From assembly GCA_021432655.1 (NCBI GenBank), contig MU271544.1, positions 1 to 46,803 of the forward strand: a stretch of DNA of 46,803 nt. The letters run 5' to 3'. The stretch's first letter is position 1. Every line of letters starts with the position of its first letter. Below the pieces are notes generated by a model that had not been told where the DNA came from, did no database searches, and was given only the letters and a program-made list of their open reading frames with translations. Below are positions 24,307 to 35,192 of the stretch, piece after piece. The position numbers and the translations under genes were made by a program. Origin of the DNA: Atractiella rhizophila. Its lineage: Eukaryota.

Positions 24307-27168
24307 AATAAGTAAGGGGACGCTTTGGACTCATGCTCCGGTCAACATCGGTGACAGTTGTGTTCGTCTGCTGTAGTCATAGGTTAGGATTAGTATTGGA
24401 ACCGAAGACAGGGCCGGATTCCTGGAGAGTCGGTACATATTTGACGGAAATCTCACCACTGAGGAGGAGCGTCCGTCCCTCCTCTTTCTCATTCCTACTA
24501 CGAATGGCCAGCAAGGAGAACATTAGACGCTTAAACACTTATATGAGGCAGTCAAGGAGCCCAGGCGCTGAAGGCATGAATATTCCCTCGCCGAAGCCAA
24601 AGAGAGGAAGCTAGGTCACTTCCTACCCCCACTTCTAGAAGGTCCGCTATAGCTCAAGCAGTAGAGCCTGCTTTAACCTCACCAGCGGGAACTTTGTCAG
24701 CTCCTAGTTTCGAAGCATACGGATGTGTAGCTGTAGGTGTGTAGGAAGTTAGTTTTACCTGCTGGCCTCTGTCTACTTTTCCGACTGGAGCCCCTAGGAC
24801 TCTAGGCTCTTGGAGGAGAATATGCAGTCCAGGTAAAGGCAACCGTGCCACGCGTATACTTCTGGTCCACGAAAGCGCAAGTAGAACTCCATCTGACGGA
24901 GAGGTCCAACCTGAGCCTACTGTTCGAGCAAGGACCGCTACAGGAACTTCTAAGGAACCCAGTGCAGGAACATGACCTAAGCTTAAAGTCAGAAAACAAG
25001 CAAGTTTCGACATCAGGTTCTAGTGTGTAATTGTTCTACATCATTGCTACATATTGCCCTTTCGCATGGGAACGGCCGAAATTCTTACTTGCCTTGGGGG
25101 AGGGTGGCAACCAACAACTACATGTATTGCTATCGTCGCTTTCACCCTGTCTACCTAGGACACTATAGGTGTAACAGTCGATGTGTTGAAAGATTAACCT
25201 GTCCTCGTTTGACTGGAAATCCGTGTCACAGTAGAAGCTCTATAGGTCCGAAGAGGGGTAATGGTTGTATAACAGGTTCCTCCTGAACTAGGAAAGAGTT
25301 GCCGCGCTATATGGAGTTTCGGAAGTGGAAGAGCAGGGACTATAGGAGTCGCCTCTTTCTGTGCCCAGCAAGGTAGCATTCCTACCTTTCCTGAACCTCA
25401 TCTAGACGCGGGCGGCTTCCGTGTAGTCGTTACTTTGAGCTATAAGGTTCCCCCTTTGGTTGCCAAAACGTAGTGCAGAGACTATTAAGGTTTGAGTAGT
25501 TTCATTGGGGGGAAGGGAGTCAAGGCTTACCAAGGAACTTTCACTAAACCTGTAAGCTCTACTCCACGAACAACTTGCTTACCAGGTCTTCCTGCAAAGG
25601 CTTAGACTCTTACTCCTCCAAGAAGTGGTAGAGGAATGGTTCCATTACCAGCTAGGCCATCCAGACAAGTACGGGTGGTAGTGCTAGTTAATGGGGAGAA
25701 TCCATGCGTTTACCACCACCTTTGCTTGGAGCAGGAGCCAGGTCTCGCGAAAGTCGAGTGGGTAGTAGAGGGATGACGAGCGGTCCAGGAAGGGCTTTCC
25801 AAAGAGCTGGTGCTAGGCTAACTAAGGTCGTGATCACACCAATAAGAAGGAGTTAGGAAATCTCTGACCCTACTTCTGTCTCCCTCCCTCCCGGTACATC
25901 TTATATGCGATAAAGGGGTGTCTCACCGGTCCTTAGACTTACTCTGCTTTGCTACCCTTTTCCTACTTTAGTGTATGCAACGCGAGAAACGGGAATATTT
26001 GGCGAGAGCTAGGCGACCTCGAGAAAGAGGTTTAGGACCTTGGGCAGCAGAAATAGCATAACGGGATAACTGGTGTTGCTTCATATCCTAGTCGGCTTTG
26101 AGAACCCAACTTTCTCCCACTGTACGGTCTTTGCATTCATGTTTACCACTCCTTAAGGAAGTCGAAAACGACAACTCGCCCCTACCCCCAGAACTACATA
26201 ACGCACTAAGCGAAATCCATGAGGACAACCGGTCGCGTTCGTTACAGTAGTCATTCACTGTCATTTTCACCGCCAGGTGTAAGGTGGATAGGGAACTTTC
26301 CTGTCCTAGCCTCCCCTCTACCCACCCCACCTACCTACCCATTAGACTCTGAATGTAGCACTAGGTAAAACCAAGAGCGTATAGGATGTTACACATTAGG
26401 GAGCCCCTCCTTAGGTAACTTCATCTCTGGTTTGTCCCCCCCATACAGATAGCGTTTTGTCGTCTTAGTACAATCGTTGCATAGGAAGAAAATAGGCTTT
26501 AATTCTTACATCTGATCATTAACTCAAGCCCTCTAACCAATAGCCTATTACCAACCTATTCACACTCCGCCCCATTCTTGCACTTGTCACTTGTCGTCAG
26601 GTCCACGGTGGCTTTTGGACACGAGATCGACCCCAAAACCCCGAACACCGGCACATCCAACCTCTCCTTTCAACTTCCGGAGCCCCCTCTCAGACTCTTC
26701 CTTCTTTCGTTCACCCTACGGCTATTACAAGTATAGCGTTGCGGTAATACATACGTTGAGAAGTTTTACTCTCCTCGACCAACTACCTACGTGTTCTTTT
26801 CGTTTGTCTGCGTTTCTCCTTATACAACGACTACTGGCTAGTGGTGAGACGGAGTTAGATCGAACAGTCGCGAGATCGCGAACTTGCTATTCGTAGTATA
26901 TGGGACATACATACATTCTTTCATGGCTTTAGCGAATAGCAACGCTCTTTGTACCTTTCTTCGTAAACTACAGTGTGAGAGGTATTAATAGCAGGGTAGT
27001 GGGGTTGAGCGTTTTGTTGTGCTACGACTGTTCTACTGCTATTACGTTACTCTGTTTCCTCTATGCGTGGAAGAAGAATCGGTTTAGCGGGCTCCGAGGT
27101 TCCTGCTGCTACTGGCATAAGACGAACTCGAGAAGGGGTCTATAAAGTCGCGAAAGTTAACGGCGGTA
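24307..27168. CDS. ZWF1: Glucose-6-phosphate 1-dehydrogenase (readable as + strand letters, right to left)
   Basis: MAAIESAEISGEELKQNTVIVVLGASGDLAKKKTYP...GYART...YMALPP...VEKPFGKD...YRIDHYLGKEMVKN...[20 protein letters not shown]...RWEGVPFILKAGK...YGSRGP...YNWP; many GT-AG introns. Confidence 0.95.
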
Positions 27169-27429
27169 AAGCTTGCGAGCAATAACTTTTTCCTTTTCAC
27201 TCTTCACTCTTACTTTTTCACTCCTTACCTACCACCTAGCCACCTCAACAGACTCCCCTTACCCGGAAGCTACTTCCCAAAACTCCCACTGCCTGGCTAT
27301 GCGCTCTCCCTCTACTACTACTAGTTTAGGCGCCTTGTAGTAGTAAGGAGGAAGGCATAGTAGTTGAGAGTAGCTATTATGAACGTGGAAGGAGGAATCG
27401 CAGGTAAAAGTGTCCCTTTCGATCCTTTG

Positions 27430-27831
27430 TACAAACCCAGACACTCAATAAGGGATTCAGATACCGCGTGTGACGAGTACTGTTAAAGTTCAACTAAGTA
27501 ATACGGAAACTGCGGGAGGAGGAAAGACATCGGGAACGTCCGTAGTTCCATAGAGGAAGGTAGGTAGGAGAACGCACCTAGTACAAAAGTATAGCATACA
27601 CATGTGTCTCTAGATGGCCCGAGTGTAATCGGCAGAGAGCCTAGGTCCCTTTCCTATAGTCCGTCGATCACCCGTAGATGGAACTCAATCAGGTGAACAG
27701 GAACAAAGGGGTGTCTCTAGGTTCGCACGATTGTTAGATACACCGCAAACCCATCCTACCCTCTCACCTGCTACCTAAAGTACTAGCATCGTGATCCTTC
27801 CTTGTCCACCAAGCTCTCCTCCTCCCTAACT
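27430..27831. CDS. ATG44: DUF1748 / Atg44 (mitofissin)-like small protein (readable as the plain complement, left to right), 4 exons
   Basis: MFGS/LIHYAFDALLLSVALAGIK/RSTGLTLAVSRIQGKDIRQLVGIYLE/MGEWTMDFMIVALGRNRWFERRRD*; the LAGIKRxTG, YLxxGE and FxR motifs match the family. Confidence 0.8.
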
Positions 27832-28591
27832 AAGCTCAGGGTAGGGTTTCTTCAAACTCCATGACCATGCAGAGAGGTTGTAATGTCTGAGCCTCGTCAA
27901 GAGTACTTTTAAGCTTCGTCCTATGCAGAAAACAAAGCAAACATCAAGATAGCCAAACCATCACGTTCGTAACAAAGGGGAGTGTGGCGAACGCACCCGT
28001 GAGCCGTAGCGGTAGTACCTGTTGCCTACCGCCTGCCTTACGGTACCTCTCGAGTGTCATGTTTGGCGAGAACGGAGTCGGTACAGCAGTTGTACTTATA
28101 TGATAGACCGCACTAAAGTGCTGGACTCCGTGGGGGCGATAATTTGTCAGAGCTGGAAAGAGGGGAAGTACAGGAGGCAGCTATACTTATGCTAGGTCGA
28201 GACGGGAGTTTGCAAATGTAAAGCAAAAGTGCGCGTGAAGGTGCCTATCAGTATATCAGTATGGGGTGTAGTGCAGCTCCGACGGTTTAGGTCTTGGACA
28301 CTGTAAGGAGGCTGTCTTGCAGTTAGTCGAATGCATGCTCATTTATGACATAGCACGGCTATGCTAGACTTTAACGACTATGCCTTCCGTCAAGCTTTGG
28401 GAACATCACCAAATATTGCTCTCTACAACACAACGAAACACGTTCTAATAAAAGTTTAAGCATGCTGTCACATATAGCGAAAGCATGTTCTGACGAAACG
28501 ATATCGAGACTGACTGCAACCGGCGTTGTATATTTTCATTACTGTTGCTTTCTGAGGAGTCGCGGATTCTAGAGGGTCGTGCAGATAGCTA

Positions 28592-29738
28592 GCGTGTTCT
28601 GTACCTTCGTAGGTGGCTGGGGTTACCTCCAATTGCTCTAAGCATCATTCAGACCACGACGCGTAAGGCAGCAGGTTCAGTTGCCCTATCCTATGCTGAC
28701 TTGTACCGATGTAGTAGCTCCATGTGATGTGGTAGGGTTTGGCTTTATCACAAACGACAAAAAACGACGCCAGGAACGAGTGTATACATCATGCGAAAAG
28801 CTTGAAAGAAAGCCTACCGTCCATGACTTCGTATCCCGTTCCCCGGTCCATCTAGAAAGAGAGTCAACGTTACCTGGTTGAGAAACAACTTAGGCAAACT
28901 TTTGTTTTTCTGAGCTAACAAGGAGAAGAGGGAAGTTGTTATTTAGCGAAGAAAGGATTCATACCGTACCTCAGAGATTCCTTATATTACCAAGTGTAGA
29001 TAGTGATAGCCGAATCTTTTCGAGTATACTCGCACTTTTGTTTTGCTTGCTGCTCTCCCGAGGAAGGGGAGAAGAGAAGCAGGGAAACGTGGTTGTAAAG
29101 TAACGTTACCTTTGGGTTATTAGCTCCTGCTCTGCGTGGAGTTGAGTCAAGTGACGTAGACACAATGTGCACGACCGATGATCATAATATACAAGGAAAT
29201 AAGAAAGACTCGTAAAGACGACATGTAGACTCTTGCCTTCTTACTGGAGTGTTGCGCAGACGTTCCATACAGCGCAGCGACGCGCAGGAGTTCAAGGTGT
29301 CGGAAGTGTAAGGAGGTCTTAAGGTGGACGGAAATCGCAAAGTCAATAGCTGAGAACGAGCAGAGTTCGTTCCACGGTAAGGAGGAGAGTGAGTCAGCTT
29401 CTTCACGGAGTGAATAACGGTTAAGCGCACGCAGCAACGGGTTTAGTTAAGTAGAACGATAGGTAGGGTTGGTTTGGTTCAGTGTTGACAGTGAACAGTA
29501 GAGTCTAACAGAGACTGAACGGAGGAGTGAGCGCGCAAGCGCAGAAGGGAACGCTAAATCCTGAGGGCTTAGGACACCGTTCAGTAGGACGAGGTAGTAG
29601 ATATTTAGTGAGAGTAGAGCGAGTGGCTGGTGAGAGTCAAAGTATTAAGCGTGCAGACGTGAACCAGATTAAGGCAGCTTCGCAGTTGTTGCTGGCTGTA
29701 CCGGCTGGGTCAGGGGTGGTTGGGTGGTTCAGGTGGAG
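28592..29738. repeat. Mirrored second copy of 19674-20868
   Basis: Reverse reading gaggtggacttggtgggt...cttgccacaggattcgggagtcctaaatcgcaaggg...atgcttccatgtc. Confidence 0.85.
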
Positions 29739-29785
29739 AGCGCTAACAAGGTACCAGAGCGTCTATGCCAAGCCTCCAACCTAGG

Positions 29786-29810
29786 NNNNNNNNNNNNNNN
29801 NNNNNNNNNN
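29786..29810. other. Assembly gap (25 N)
   Basis: Run of exactly 25 N. Confidence 1.
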
Positions 29811-30470
29811 TAAGCTCTCGTACGAAAGTCTAAGCTCTCATACGAAAGCAAAGAGAAAATCTCTCGTACGAAAGCATAAGCCCTCGTACGAAAGTCTAAG
29901 CTCTCGTACGAAAGTCTAAGCACTCGTACGAAAGTCTAAGCACTCGTACGAAAGCATAAGACCTCGTACGAAAGTCTAAGCTCTCGTACGAAAGTATAAG
30001 CCCTCGTACGAAAGTCTCAGCTCTCGTACGAAAGTCTAAGCTCTCGTACGAAAGTCTAAGCACTCGTACGAAAGCATAAGACGTCGTACGAAAGTCTAAG
30101 CTCTCGTACGAAAGTATACAAGCTCTCGTACGAAGCATTATAAAGTCTCGTACGAAAGCAGACGAATCTCCTACGAAACCATATAACTCTCGTACGAAAG
30201 CTGTCGTACGAAACTATAAGCCCTCCCTTGTACGAAAGCAGGATAAAGTCTCGTACGAAAGCATACGAAATCTCGTACGAAAGTGTAGAAAATCTCTCGT
30301 ACGAAACCATATGACATCTCGTCCAAAGCAGTACGAACTCTCTCATACGCAACTGCAGGAAATCTCACACGAAAGCAGTACAACATCTCTCATACGAAGC
30401 GAATACAAAGTTTCTCGTATGAAAACTTTGCAAAGTCTCGCACAAAACCAATCTGAAGTCTTGTACGAGT
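29811..30470 (+). repeat. Tandem array of ~18-20-bp units AAGCTCTCGTACGAAAGTCT, decaying rightwards
   Basis: More than 25 copies of (C)TCGTACGAAAG; homogeneous near the gap, degenerate after ~30150. Confidence 0.95.
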
Positions 30471-31344
30471 TTTAACAAAATTATCACGAGAAAGAATGAC
30501 AGGTTGGCTCAAGGGGACATTATGTACTTCAAGTTCGCTTCGGCTCAATTCTTGTAGTTCAATGATCGTCCGAATCGCAGAGCAGCCTAGCCTGAGAAGA
30601 GCTGAGAATGCTGCAAGCGGCGTTGTTGTGTACATCGACTTTCGCTTTGGCACATTATGGTGCATCATACAAACTTTGAAGCCGACAAATGCGAACCCGG
30701 TTATTTGTGTTACAGACTTGCAGACACACAGGAAAGCAGGTCGTTTATTGGACAAAAGTATTAAACAAGCAAATCCTTCATGTGAGATGTGATTTAGAAG
30801 GAATTTATTCCATGAGGAAAACAGCGAAGTCGCGCCTTATTGTATCCTTAACATCTATTTTCCAGAGTATCATTTGGAGAGAGCACACGAGCGAGGAACG
30901 CCGCCAGTACCATTTCTTCAGGAACATTGTAGTGTTCCCCGCTACCTCAATGGTGTAACCATACTCGGTCGTGTCTACGAAACTTGAGAGGTGAACAACG
31001 GAATGAAAGACCTAGAGGCTTACAACGAATCTCCCATCAGGAGGGTGGCAGTGGTGTTGATCTGTGGTGCTAATTCTTGTGGTGGCAGGAGATATCAGAT
31101 TTACGAGTTGCCATCCTCCTAACTTTTATTTGCTTGCGTACGTAGGGAGAAAAGGTTGACCTTTCCTCATATTCATGCCAACTCACTCCTCAATTCATCT
31201 TTTACGAAGGGTGGAGGCATCGCCAACCATGGTCAGCTTGTAGAATTGGAGGACGTGGATTTAGGCATGGGAGTCAGGAAGTGCAGCCATGGCATGACAA
31301 ATGGGTGAGGTCGGGATGTTTTTCGACTCAGTCTTTGGAGAGGG

Positions 31345-31590
31345 ATATTGATTGAGGTGGAGAAGTGCGACTGTAAGAGCACCTTACGATTTAGATGACA
31401 GGGTCTTTTGGTCACTTTGTCCGGTCGAACGCAGGTTGTTGAACTGCAACTAAGTGGAAGGTGTCACCATCTTTGATAACAATCCTCAGCCCTTTTAACC
31501 GCATTTCAACAGTATTTGACGAAGCCTCTCTGATATCTCTGATACGTCCTACTCATGCCTGATCGTGAACCATCCGTTGAATGTCAGCCC
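31345..31590 (-). pseudogene. Paralogous fragment of the 22115-22345 gene region
   Basis: Shared cgactgtaagagcacctt...caactaagt.gaaggtg...tcctactcat.cctgat.gtgaa.catccgtt; peptide RPxHLNxKVLLQS in both. Confidence 0.6.
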
Positions 31591-32268
31591 ATTTTTTGAA
31601 TGGGGGACTTGTGTGGATCTCATCTGACGTACCACTCAATGGAGAAGCCAAGGGGAGAGGTGTGATGTTGTCATTGTGCAGAATAACAATGGGATCTTGG
31701 CTTTTGGCAAGGTGATGTGGTTATTCAAGGTACAATTTGACGGGAACGGCCTTCAACTGCCTTTTGTTCAGCCGTACGGGTCAGCAAGGACTGTGTGTCC
31801 CAGTGAATAACGAGATCTTATTGCCTACTTTACTAAAGCCTGCAACTTCGCTGCTACCTGTGTCAACAATCTTGACTCGGAGTTATTGCGGAGCCTATTC
31901 ACGCAGCCAGTGGACAATAATCGGTGAATTTCTGCAAGTCAGTTGAAGACTTTATCAAACGATCCCAAGGCTTAAGTTTGACATCTGTCTCTGAGTTCGA
32001 GCAAATCTTTGGAAGTAGTTCCTTCAGTAGCGTCACAATGAGTTGGTGGAGTGTATGCCTGTGGGTGCGCGGAATGATCGTGCATGCTTGCTGTGAGAGC
32101 TGGACGCTCATTGTCCCTCAGCCCACATCACACATCCTAGTCTCTCCCTGCCTTTCCTTCTTCCATGTTAGCAACAGTCACGTGACTAGCACGTGACTGG
32201 TGTGCTTTTGTTTGTCTCTCGGACACCTGGATCCCCAGCGGTTTTTCCACCATCTCACGCTTCGCTGG

Positions 32269-32921
32269 TGAAGTCGCTTATCCCGGACTAGAGGGAGAGT
32301 TCGAAGTGGGAATAAACGTTTGGTGGGCAAACACCGAAGCGGCTTAGTGAAAAGGAACTAGGGCAGCAGACTAGTGGTTTTGCAATGAAAAAAATGCGCT
32401 TTCAACACTATAATTGACCCAAAGTACACTAAGCAAGCACCTGAGGATGAGAGAAATAAGTAAGAAGTCAAATGAAAGTGTAGGATGCTCACAGCACGAG
32501 TGAGGAATGATATTTTCATCTAAAACTTCCCCTTTTATAGCTTTTCTCCTCTCCAGCGCTCCACCTGGCTCCACCCCCTTTTCCTCCTCAACCTCTGATC
32601 TCCTACATCCTTCCCCTAAGTCCTACGTTGCCCTATTTCCTTTTATCTTGCCCAGATTTTCTATCTTGTTCAATCGCCATTGTCTTCTCATTTAAGGTTA
32701 AGATGGAGTTTTCTATTTGTCCTTGTTCTATCTTGAATTGGCCTTTGTCTGCTTTTCCTTGTTCCGATTGAATTAACAACATGGTTGCGGAGTTATGCGT
32801 TGCAGTGAAGTACGTAATTTGGTCGGCGTTTGTAGTGAATTAGGCTGTTTGTCTCGCACGTGTCCGTCCTTGACGTACAGTTGTCACGTGATAGTATGTA
32901 CGGACGGGACGGGGTACGTCA
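32269..32921 (-). repeat. 3' LTR
   Basis: TGAAGTCG...TACGTCA; six substitutions versus 41705-42357. Confidence 0.95.
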
Positions 32922-32936
32922 TGTCCCTCCTGTTTG
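32922..32936 (-). promoter_or_regulatory. Polypurine tract
   Basis: Minus strand CAAACAGGAGGGACA abutting the 3' LTR. Confidence 0.7.
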
Positions 32937-33021
32937 CCGAGTCGCCCCCGACGAGTTCAAACTTTAATAGGACCCTAACCCTACGTTGGCCACGTCGTTC
33001 ACCTTCCTGCCCTAAAGTCAA

Positions 33022-33029
33022 TATATAAA
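33022..33029 (+). promoter_or_regulatory. Candidate TATA box for the antisense gene
   Basis: TATATAAA followed by a C/T-rich tract, ~190 bp upstream of ATG 33217. Confidence 0.5.
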
Positions 33030-33216
33030 CCACCATCCCTTCGTCAACCTCCCCCAACTTCAACCACCACCTTCCTCAACCTTCCCCCTTGTTCGTTTGC
33101 AAGCTGTCGGGTCTTAAGGAGCGACTAGCGAGCTACGATTTAGGCGGCGAATTTTTAATTTTTGAGTGAAATTTGCACGGGGTTTCAGTACCCTGTCGTT
33201 TTTCGCTTGCGCTCTA

Positions 33217-35045
33217 ATGGACTTCTCGCTTTCTCCCTCACGTGTGGAGGACCGAAGACTCTTTCTTTTCGACGTCGAAGGCGCTTCCAGGATAGAACTT
33301 GAAAAGAAGGCTGAAGATATTTTGCGTAGGACTCGTTTGCAGACTGGTGAACGTTTGATACAGTTTCCTCGTACGTCCTTCCTTCTGAGTAGTGGCTGGG
33401 TTGGTGTTCATTTTTCCTGTTGGTCCAGCGAATTGGAGTGTTCTTCGTGATTTGCGAAACTTCGATTTTAAATATGGGCATCTGCCTGCCTCATCCGCTT
33501 TTTGGGACTCTCCTCGCCTTGTTGTAGGCTCCCTTGACTTCTCTTCGCTTCCCCAGTTCTTCCTACGTGCGGTTGAAGGTTTCCTCTCCGTCTGGTTAAC
33601 TGTGGAGAAGGCCCAGGAGCTCGCCCGCCTTGTAAACTCGATTTTTCCTCCAAGCTCGACTGATCTTCCTTTGCCCACCCATCGCTACTTCCTTTCTGTG
33701 GTTTATATTTCTGCCTCTTGGTCTGCTGGGCCTGCTATTTGTCTCCTTCGAGTTCGAGACAATTCATGGGAGCCCAAGCAATTTCTGTTCGAAGAGCGTA
33801 AATGGATTGAGCGACAACTCCGCCGGTTGCAACGTATTTTCTTCGAGGACTTCTGTTTTTTCTGGACTCATCGCGCCATTGGCGAAGTCAAGTATGGTTC
33901 CTCCGTCCTTTCTGCGTGGCATGGATGGCAAGAGAGTGGTGCTCGCCCTGAAATGTTGGAGCCTTCCGCAATTATCGCGGCTGTATCATCATCTCGTGTT
34001 TGGGTTCGATTCTCAGCGTAAGCATCCCATCCTTGATCTATGCCCCCCCTTCTTGTGCTGACATGCTATTACTAGGTGGCGCCCTCTATTATCTTCGTCG
34101 TGCTCTCTATACGTTCCTGTGCCTGGCCAAGTCTTCCCTGTTCCTCCTCCTCGCCTTATCCGCCGTGAATATCCCCTATCTTCCGATTTTTCCTTCCCTC
34201 GCATTACCTTCGCCTCTCCGGCTCCTCCAATCCCGTCATCTCCTCCTTATGTTTTCTGTCCTCCCGATCCTTATCCAATTTATGGTCAATCGAACTTCCT
34301 CCCTGCGGTCCTTGGTATTTCCTGGCTGGATGTTTTCGAAATGTTTGAGTCTCAAATGGATGTTGAATATCCGGTCGCGCTCATCACTGATTATAATTTC
34401 TCCTGGGAACTTGAGCTTCGTGAAGACCCTTCAATCGATCGTCGCCTTCGCTATGTTTGCGTCGCCTTTGTCCACGATTCACCTGCTTCCACGTCTCGCG
34501 CCCGCCGCCTCGTTTCCTCCACTGGGTCTTCAGCTTTTCGAGCTCGATTCGGTGCTTTCGTTGGGATTCTCTCATCTGTTATGTACGGTTTCGACGTCTT
34601 TTATTTGAAGCATTGGTTACGCGCGGGCGATTTCTTTGAGTTTGGTCTCGACTCGGAATTTCCATCCTATAAAGAAGCTTGCGATATTCAGACCCAGGTC
34701 CTTCAGACTCCTTTCGACCCAGATCGCTGTCTTTCTTCCGTCGAAGACCTCAAGTCTTCCCATCGTCCTCCTCTTCGAATTTTTGTTACCCAAACATCGT
34801 CCAGTCCAGCGGTTTTTCGTTTTACATTTCGAGGTTCAGAGCATCAAAGGCCTTCAGGCATTCGTTCTGAAGAAGAGCAAATTGAAAGACGAAATAAACG
34901 GAAGACCAATGAGTTGAATAGAGCATTGAAAGGGGATTTGAAAAAGTAAGTCATCTATGTCTATTGGAATGCAGTGATTCTGAGAATTTCAAAATTTTCT
35001 AGTAAACGTCGAAGAGAAAAGGCTAAGCAAAAGCGGAATGTTTAG
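33217..35045 (+). CDS. Spliced antisense gene of unknown function inside the Ty3 element (~551 aa; exons 33217-33370, 33429-34017, 34076-34945, 35003-35045)
   Basis: Three 57-58-nt introns (GTACGT..CAG, GTAAGC..GCTGAC..TAG, GTAAGT..TAG) join ORFs 33166, 33392 and 34119 in frame; basic C-terminus RRNKRK...KNKRRREKAKQKRNV. Confidence 0.82.
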
Positions 35046-35192
35046 CTTTGAAAAAGAAACCAATATCTCCTCCCTCCTGTTTGAATTCTTTGCCTGTATT
35101 TATACCGTTTTCGTATTTCTAGTCTATATTTCCCTCGTTTTTATATTGTGTTATTATTTTTTTATTTTTGTATTTTTTTCCATGTCCTCCAT

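Larger units (their letters stand above)
22885..29785. other. ~6.9-kb mirrored (reversed, non-complemented) block; left boundary approximate
   Basis: No credible six-frame ORFs, yet complement-only and reverse-only readings give conserved genes with canonical introns; ends at a 25-N gap. Confidence 0.92.

Noticed and set aside
22885..29785. Six-frame ORFs in this block, and the idea of biologically real mirror DNA
   Set aside because: The ORFs are chance readings of mirrored sequence; both mirrored blocks abut N-gaps and carry long-read-type indels, so an assembly artifact is far more likely
29811..30470. CRISPR-like array
   Set aside because: Linkers are only ~8 nt and themselves repetitive, there are no cas genes, and the context is eukaryotic
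32371..33028. Small ORFs in the LTRs (also 41807-42131)
   Set aside because: Short, duplicated only because the LTRs are duplicated, with no coding hallmarks
34000..34608. 202-aa hydrophobic ORF as an env-like membrane protein
   Set aside because: Overlaps the better-supported spliced gene in another frame; its hydrophobicity reflects T/C-rich composition
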